Source: a virus
DNA length: 64,000 nucleotides
Reading direction: 5' to 3' (one strand)
IMG/VR virus record: IMGVR_UViG_3300030333_003061
Coordinates: 22,118 to 86,117 of that record
The position numbers were made by a program, and so were the translations under genes. The notes under the pieces were generated by a model. That model was not told where the DNA came from and searched no databases. It saw nothing but the letters and a program-made list of their open reading frames with translations. Positions within the stretch are counted from its first letter, which is position 1; every line of letters begins with the position of its first letter. Positions 58,134-64,000 of this stretch are shown here, one piece after another.

Positions 58134-58805
58134 ATGAGTATGCAATATAATCCTCCTTCATTAATTGGTGCTACTAATGCTACTGCTACTAATCCATTTT
58201 TACCACCAATTAAATTTGCTCGCGCTGCTGGCGGAGTAATGAATTATGATTATAAGAGTAACAAGCCAAAGAAACAAGTAAAAGAAATGATTTCTATTCT
58301 ATGGCCAGAAAAGAAAAGATTCCTTAAGATTCCATATGGGTTTAAATTCAATACAAGAGATAGATGTGTTGTTTGTGGAACTCATAAAAGATGGGATGCT
58401 TCTGACCCAATGAGGCCAACAATACCACTTCATAAAGTTAGAAAGGGTTATCCAATGAGAGGAACTTATTGTGATAAACATGCAGCATTACATAGACAAT
58501 ATGAAATGTTAGAACAACAAATAATAGCCGATGAACATGGCTTAGAATTTTCTTCATACATTCCTAAACCTAAAGTGCCTAAAATGTTGCAATCAGCACC
58601 GCTAACTTCATTAAGGCAATCCGATATCGAGGCATTGAGTGAGGTTGGCTGGACAATAAGACCCCCACAAATGCAATCAGAAACATTAGAAGATGAAATG
58701 TTTAGATTAACAATTGAAACTCAAGCAATTAATAGAAGAATATTAAAACTAATTACAGATGGTGCAGAAGTAATTCCTCAAAAAATCGAAGAGGAGGTAG
58801 AATAA
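58134..58805 (+). CDS. hypothetical protein with Zn finger
   Basis: CVVCG...YCDKH. Confidence 0.65.
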   Translation: MSMQYNPPSLIGATNATATNPFLPPIKFARAAGGVMNYDYKSNKPKKQVKEMISILWPEKKRFLKIPYGFKFNTRDRCVVCGTHKRWDASDPMRPTIPLHKVRKGYPMRGTYCDKHAALHRQYEMLEQQIIADEHGLEFSSYIPKPKVPKMLQSAPLTSLRQSDIEALSEVGWTIRPPQMQSETLEDEMFRLTIETQAINRRILKLITDGAEVIPQKIEEEVE

Positions 58806-58806
58806 T

Positions 58807-59514
58807 ATGGGTTTATTTGGAACAAGTAATAGAGCGTTATCTAATCAGATAACATCTCAAGGACAATCAGATTTTAAGGTAATGAATAATTTATTAACAT
58901 TACAAGATAATCATGTTGAAGAATTCTTTCAATATCATGGCGAAGCATTTTTATCATCTTTTGAAAAATTATTTGAAGATGTAATAGAAAGAGTAGTAAG
59001 CCAAATGCTAACTAAACTAAAATTTGTTAGTAATTCTAATGGAGAAATTTCTGTTCATTCAGATGCTCTTAGAGAATATGAAACAATTACTGCTGAAAAT
59101 ATCCAATTAGATTTACAAACTCTTTTAGCCTCTGCATTAAATACAGAAGTTATTATGCAAAGAAAAATGGCTAAACAGCAATATCTTGAGGCACAAGGTT
59201 TTTCTACATCACAAATGCCTCAAACACAACAAGTGCAACAACAACCAAATATGGCTAATCCTCAAGGTCTAGCCCCATCACAGATTCAAGGAAGTAATGC
59301 GGGGGTTGCTGCTAATAACATGATGATGCAACAACAAGCAGCATTCAATAATACTAGTGGCTATCCTGTTCCGCCGTCAGGTTATGACCAAATGAACAAT
59401 CCATATTGGATTGACCCAATGACCGGACAACCAACATATACCCCACCTGCTAGCGGTTTGGGCTTAGGTAATGCTATTAGTAAAGGATTGGCCTGGGCTT
59501 CTTGGTTAGCATGA
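58807..59514 (+). CDS. Gln-rich hypothetical protein
   Basis: MGLFG start, Q/N/P low-complexity region, amphipathic C-terminus. Confidence 0.65.
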   Translation: MGLFGTSNRALSNQITSQGQSDFKVMNNLLTLQDNHVEEFFQYHGEAFLSSFEKLFEDVIERVVSQMLTKLKFVSNSNGEISVHSDALREYETITAENIQLDLQTLLASALNTEVIMQRKMAKQQYLEAQGFSTSQMPQTQQVQQQPNMANPQGLAPSQIQGSNAGVAANNMMMQQQAAFNNTSGYPVPPSGYDQMNNPYWIDPMTGQPTYTPPASGLGLGNAISKGLAWASWLA

Positions 59515-59524
59515 GTGGAGTAAT

Positions 59525-61366
59525 ATGGACATTAAAATACCTAATCAATTTAAGGTGCATAATCGCACCTATAATTTAGGTGAAGACATAGAACTCACTA
59601 GGTCTAATTTAGAGGGAAATCCCTCTAATCATGCACTATTTAAGTATATGTTAAAATATCTTATGGCTCCAATGGATAATAAATTGGATAAAGTTTCTAA
59701 TAGTATGAAAATGCTATTAAAACCTGAAGTCCTAGAGAGGGCTTCTGGTTATACCCATGATATGGATATAGATGCAGAAGAATATGAAAAGCATATTAAA
59801 TATGCATGGGAAGAATTAAGCGAATCTGTCATGTATTCATCTGAGTCAGCACTTGATTCAGAAGGCAAAGAAGCAGAAAAAGATGGAGAAAAAATAACTA
59901 TTGAAGGAGGATTGTTATATATTTTATCACAGCAAGGATGGCTACAATCTCAAGAAAAAGAATTAATTGATAAAATAATAAGGGCAATGCCTGAAAGAGG
60001 AAAAAGAGAACCATTTAAAGAAATACTAGATACTGTAGATGATTCAGGAAAGCCCTCTATTGGTAGAATAGGACAACAAAAAATAATGGGATACAGAACA
60101 GGAGAAAGAGCATCTAAATTAATGAATGCAGCAAACTATAAGCAATTATTCTATCCTGTAATAGATTTATTAAAAACAGTAAAGGTTGAAGAAAAACCAA
60201 ATGAAAAGATTGGTAAGATAGATAATAAGAAAATCATAGAATACAAACATTATCCAAAACCAAGACAAATAGATGGAAATAAAATATTAGATTCATCAGA
60301 TATTATTATTCATTTCGATAATGCATTTTCTGCTCTTAGAAAAGAATACGGTATGTCAATGAAAATGGAAAGACTTACATCAGATGATGAAATAGAAAAT
60401 ATGTTAAATGGTGAAATATTAAAATATGATTGGAACCTTGATGAATCAAACTTATTAGATGCAGAAGGATTACCAACAAAACAATATGCCATTGGTGAAT
60501 TAAACCCTGATGAACAATTAACTGAATGGAAAAGGAGAAATTGGGATTATGATTCAGAAGGGCTTTCTAATGAAGAAATATATTATGCTAGAAGAATTAA
60601 TTTAAAATTAGAATATGATAAACAATTAGATAAAGGAGAAATAGAAAAAGAATTATTATTTAATTTATATTTATATAGAATAATTAGTAAAGATAAAATG
60701 AAACAATATATAGATTTTGGAAAATATGGAGACCAAGGCTTTGATTTTACAGAACCTGAATATAAAGTAATGGGAAAGGTTTTAGAAGATAAAGAAAACA
60801 GAACAGGCATTGAACAAAAATTACATCAACAATATACAATTCATGGAATATCCAAAATTAATGAAAGGGAAGCAAAAAGATTAAGAGGAGAAAATAAGAG
60901 TCTTATTCAAGGATTACCAGATAGTCAATTTTCTGATAGGAAACTCTTTGATAATATATCAGACCCTGATATTTCAAAAATAGATTTAAGAAATGCAGAA
61001 AATGTAGGTGAGTTTAGAGAAGAATTACATAAAGCAATTACTCCTGGAACAGAAGGAAAATTAAAATTTTCAATAGGAATAATGGCTACAAAATCTCATG
61101 GCGGTCATGTATTATTATCTGTGGAATTTATCCCAAAAGTAAAAGGGCCATATGCTGATTATCACGCAAAAACATTTGCTGAAAGAGGAAAAGAAAAAGT
61201 CATACCTTCAAATTTAAAACCAAGTCAAATAAAAAATCAACCTTCTTTAGCAGCAAGAGGAGGACAAAACTTATGGTATGAAGGCATACCAAATGCATTA
61301 ATGTTTCTATATTATATCAAAAAGCAACTAACAAGATTAAATAAAATGGTGAAGCCTTATGTCTAG
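59525..61366 (+). CDS. hypothetical protein (613 aa)
   Basis: Long ORF in the morphogenesis arm. Confidence 0.7.
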   Translation: MDIKIPNQFKVHNRTYNLGEDIELTRSNLEGNPSNHALFKYMLKYLMAPMDNKLDKVSNSMKMLLKPEVLERASGYTHDMDIDAEEYEKHIKYAWEELSESVMYSSESALDSEGKEAEKDGEKITIEGGLLYILSQQGWLQSQEKELIDKIIRAMPERGKREPFKEILDTVDDSGKPSIGRIGQQKIMGYRTGERASKLMNAANYKQLFYPVIDLLKTVKVEEKPNEKIGKIDNKKIIEYKHYPKPRQIDGNKILDSSDIIIHFDNAFSALRKEYGMSMKMERLTSDDEIENMLNGEILKYDWNLDESNLLDAEGLPTKQYAIGELNPDEQLTEWKRRNWDYDSEGLSNEEIYYARRINLKLEYDKQLDKGEIEKELLFNLYLYRIISKDKMKQYIDFGKYGDQGFDFTEPEYKVMGKVLEDKENRTGIEQKLHQQYTIHGISKINEREAKRLRGENKSLIQGLPDSQFSDRKLFDNISDPDISKIDLRNAENVGEFREELHKAITPGTEGKLKFSIGIMATKSHGGHVLLSVEFIPKVKGPYADYHAKTFAERGKEKVIPSNLKPSQIKNQPSLAARGGQNLWYEGIPNALMFLYYIKKQLTRLNKMVKPYV

Positions 61367-62483
61367 ATTAAAGTCGTCAAGTGATTTTACTGGTATTAAT
61401 CCTAATTATACCAACGGGAAAGGGTATTATACTACCCATGTTGATGTGTCTGATTTACTTCAGATTACTCCATCAACAGATGCAGACGGTGATGGTGATT
61501 TTTCATATTTCACTACTTCGTCTACTCCATCTAAAGCAATGGTGGGAAAAATAATAAAGAAAGTAGAAGGAAAGATTGATAACTGGATTAAGCAATCTTA
61601 TAGACCTGAAATAATTGAAAACGAAGTTCATAACTTTGAATCAGGTAGATTTGTAATATATCCAGCAGTTCACTGGAAAGATTATCTTGGGTTTATTCAA
61701 TTAACATATCCTAAGTTAAGAAAGGTAATTAAATTAGAAGTATATCAAGGGGATGAATGGAAAAACCTTGCTTCTGCTAGTGTTAAATATACTCCCCCTG
61801 CTTCTGCTACTACACCTGCATTTACACTTAAATTATTAGTTGCTGGATATACTTTCACATTAACTAAGGGAAATTCTAATGGGTTCTATGATGTTTATGG
61901 ACAAAAAACAACTGTTTCTCAAATATGCGATGCAATAAATGAGGTATTTCCTCACGATACTGCTCAATTTACAGGAGAAACTTCTCCAAAAACAACAACA
62001 GAAGACGGCGGCACAACGAAAAATGTTTCTGATTTCTTTTATGCTTCTCCTGCTAGTGATGGAAAATCGGTTGAAATTTCTTCTCTATTACCATCTGATG
62101 CTGGAAGTATTTGTTCAATTATCGAAACCATTGATGGAACGGCTGTGACTACTAATTTCACAGATAATGAAGATTCTGGTAGAAATGAAGATTGGTGGGT
62201 AATAGGCTCAGAAGGAAAGATATTCTTCAAAAAGGAATGGCCTTTCCTAAAGAACAATTCAGTTAGGGTAACTTATATTACAGGCGCATCTAGAGTTCCA
62301 GCAGAAATACACGATGCTGCAACTAAAATGGTTGCCGCTGAAATATTAGTACATGATGATAATAGTATTTTAATTGCCGAAACAGGGGCTAATATAGATT
62401 TGAAAACTAAGCATGATATTTTAATGCAAGAGGCAAATGATTTAATTAAGGGTAAACAAAACCTATTACATTTAATTGATTAA
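61359..62483 (+). CDS. head-tail adaptor/connector protein
   Basis: YTTHVDVSDLL...KVEGKIDNW and VRVTYITG...VPAEIHDAATKMVA adaptor-like pattern with a large insertion. Confidence 0.6.
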   Translation: MSRLKSSSDFTGINPNYTNGKGYYTTHVDVSDLLQITPSTDADGDGDFSYFTTSSTPSKAMVGKIIKKVEGKIDNWIKQSYRPEIIENEVHNFESGRFVIYPAVHWKDYLGFIQLTYPKLRKVIKLEVYQGDEWKNLASASVKYTPPASATTPAFTLKLLVAGYTFTLTKGNSNGFYDVYGQKTTVSQICDAINEVFPHDTAQFTGETSPKTTTEDGGTTKNVSDFFYASPASDGKSVEISSLLPSDAGSICSIIETIDGTAVTTNFTDNEDSGRNEDWWVIGSEGKIFFKKEWPFLKNNSVRVTYITGASRVPAEIHDAATKMVAAEILVHDDNSILIAETGANIDLKTKHDILMQEANDLIKGKQNLLHLID

Positions 62484-62491
62484 GTGATAGT

Positions 62492-62692
62492 ATGGACAAA
62501 ACAATTGCTTTTAAGCAGTTTCTGCAAAAAGAAGAAGAAATTAATAATATACTTAAAAATTCAGAATTTGGTGATTTTTCACTTAGCACAGAAGCAGTAA
62601 AAGAAGAGGCAATTAAAAAATATATTGAAGCAATGGAAAAGAAAACCATTGATATGATAGACGAGTATATGATGAGGTTTTTGCGTGGATGA
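62492..62692 (+). CDS. small hypothetical protein
   Basis: Operonic ORF. Confidence 0.5.
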   Translation: MDKTIAFKQFLQKEEEINNILKNSEFGDFSLSTEAVKEEAIKKYIEAMEKKTIDMIDEYMMRFLRG

Positions 62693-63221
62693 GGTTGAGT
62701 TTATTATTCGCTTGCTAAGTGATAATTGGTCTAACGCCAGCACAATAGCAGCAGGTAAAAAGAATGTTAAACAAGCAAATGGAAATGCTTGGACATATAC
62801 TCCGACACCATTATTTATAGATATTCGTTCATTAGAACCTGGAAGAGGTAAAAGGGTAGATTTAGACGAAAAGGCAGTTATTATAGTTTCAGAAGATAGT
62901 GCTAGCGTTTCACACCCAACAATTGATAGAGCCGTAAGAAATGAAGAGTATGGTTTTACCCTTCATTTACGAGTATTGCACCGTAGAGATTACACTGAAC
63001 TAACATATTCCCGCAGACTACTGCAAGTTTTATATCAAATGGCTCGCCACATCTTAGAGAAGAACGGGCTTAGGCCGAAGGTTTATGATGATTCAGACGC
63101 ATTAGAAGCAAGCGCGGAATTAATTGAGATTACAGGAAGAAGTGAAGCCAATGATAGAGGAAAGAGATTATTGGGTTATAGGATTCCTGTTACCATGAAA
63201 AGGTTTGGAAGAGCCATATAG
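62685..63221 (+). CDS. putative tail-completion/terminator protein
   Basis: Size and position between the adaptor and the tail gene. Confidence 0.45.
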   Translation: MDEVEFIIRLLSDNWSNASTIAAGKKNVKQANGNAWTYTPTPLFIDIRSLEPGRGKRVDLDEKAVIIVSEDSASVSHPTIDRAVRNEEYGFTLHLRVLHRRDYTELTYSRRLLQVLYQMARHILEKNGLRPKVYDDSDALEASAELIEITGRSEANDRGKRLLGYRIPVTMKRFGRAI

Positions 63222-63240
63222 TAAGTAAGTAAGTGATATA

Positions 63241-64000
63241 ATGGTATTAAACGAAGTATATACAGGTGCAGGATTATCTGCAACTTTGATACCGGAAGCA
63301 GAATTTCCGGTTCATGCAGCATTTGGAACAGAAATAGGGGGAACTGGAGAAGTTACCCTAAATACAGCAAACGACCAGAAAGAATTGACTTGGACTTTAA
63401 GTTCAGAACCAGCATCAAATAGATTGGTTCCTAATATTTACAAAGGTTGCATGGCTAAATTAGAATCATTTAAAGATGCTAGTATGGGCGGTGCAGCAGG
63501 AGAAGCAGTTTCTACTCAAACATTAATGATTAAAGGTAATACTGCCAATACAATACAATTTCATACTGCTTTAGATAGTGTAGGTACTTATGAATATAAA
63601 TGCACTATTCTTTCTTATGGCGCACCATCATATGCTCCTTCAGTAGTAAATAATACTGCAACTCTATTATCAGATAATTGGCTAGGATTAGTCAATACAA
63701 TTACTCCACCAACTGTTGATGCAGAAATGAAACAAATGAATCTAGCATTAGGTGGAACAAGAAATTTTGGATTCCAACTAAAAGGGGCAGAAACATTAGG
63801 AGAAGCATCAATTGATGTATCTCTTAACAATGGTTCTTGGCTCTATTATGCATTAGGTAAAATGACTTTTACTGCTACCCAAGATGGTTCAGTAACTTTA
63901 AACAGCACAGGGGATGATGCTCCTGCAAATGGTAATGTTTATTTTGATGCAGATAATCATACATTACATAGATATGAAACTCATTTATTACCTCCAAGAT
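63241..64000 (+). CDS. putative tail tube/major tail protein, runs off the window edge
   Basis: Open frame from ATG 63241 (MVLNEVYTGAG...); GSWLYYALG motif reminiscent of archaeal virus tail tube proteins. Confidence 0.55.
   Translation, partial: MVLNEVYTGAGLSATLIPEAEFPVHAAFGTEIGGTGEVTLNTANDQKELTWTLSSEPASNRLVPNIYKGCMAKLESFKDASMGGAAGEAVSTQTLMIKGNTANTIQFHTALDSVGTYEYKCTILSYGAPSYAPSVVNNTATLLSDNWLGLVNTITPPTVDAEMKQMNLALGGTRNFGFQLKGAETLGEASIDVSLNNGSWLYYALGKMTFTATQDGSVTLNSTGDDAPANGNVYFDADNHTLHRYETHLLPPR

Noticed and set aside
58332-58339. Isolated CCATATGG
   Set aside because: Single copy inside a coding sequence without TACTTTG arms; compatible with chance.
63220-63235. (AGTA)n short tandem repeat before the tail gene
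   Set aside because: Only about 3.5 copies merging into the RBS; no evidence of function.
25431-63830. Minus-strand short ORFs in the right arm (e.g. 36448, 53364, 54383, 63615)
   Set aside because: Ser/Phe/Leu-rich antisense shadows of A-rich plus-strand genes.

Overview
AT-rich segment of a tailed archaeal dsDNA virus (Caudoviricetes). It is most consistent with a magrovirus-type virus of Marine Group II/Poseidoniales; this is inferred from TFB, GGTGA/GGAGG ribosome-binding sites, archaeal-type ligase and NrdJ, and HK97-type head genes. Two gene arms diverge from a central, largely non-coding 6 kb region. The left arm (1-17.9 kb, minus strand) encodes replication, transcription and metabolism functions: AAA+ ATPase, DNA ligase, two histone-fold proteins, PC4-like protein, TFB, class II RNR, glutaredoxin, a DenV-like glycosylase, tRNA-Leu(UAA) and a Ubl + E1 + JAB set. 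The central region (18.5-24 kb) holds 21 exact copies of the palindrome CCATATGG. These delimit ~120-190 bp strongly self-complementary units and larger promoter-bearing cassettes carrying two paralogous genes, two probable ncRNAs and a 3-gene operon. The right arm (24.2-64 kb, plus strand) begins with ~23 unrelated ORFs sharing an N-terminal tag M-x-W-x-x-h-h-K (candidate capsid-cargo signal). It continues with terminase, portal, a second DNA ligase, prohead protease/scaffold, major capsid protein, a Ras-superfamily small GTPase with membrane proteins, neck genes and the start of a tail gene. All calls are by eye from motifs; no database searches were run.
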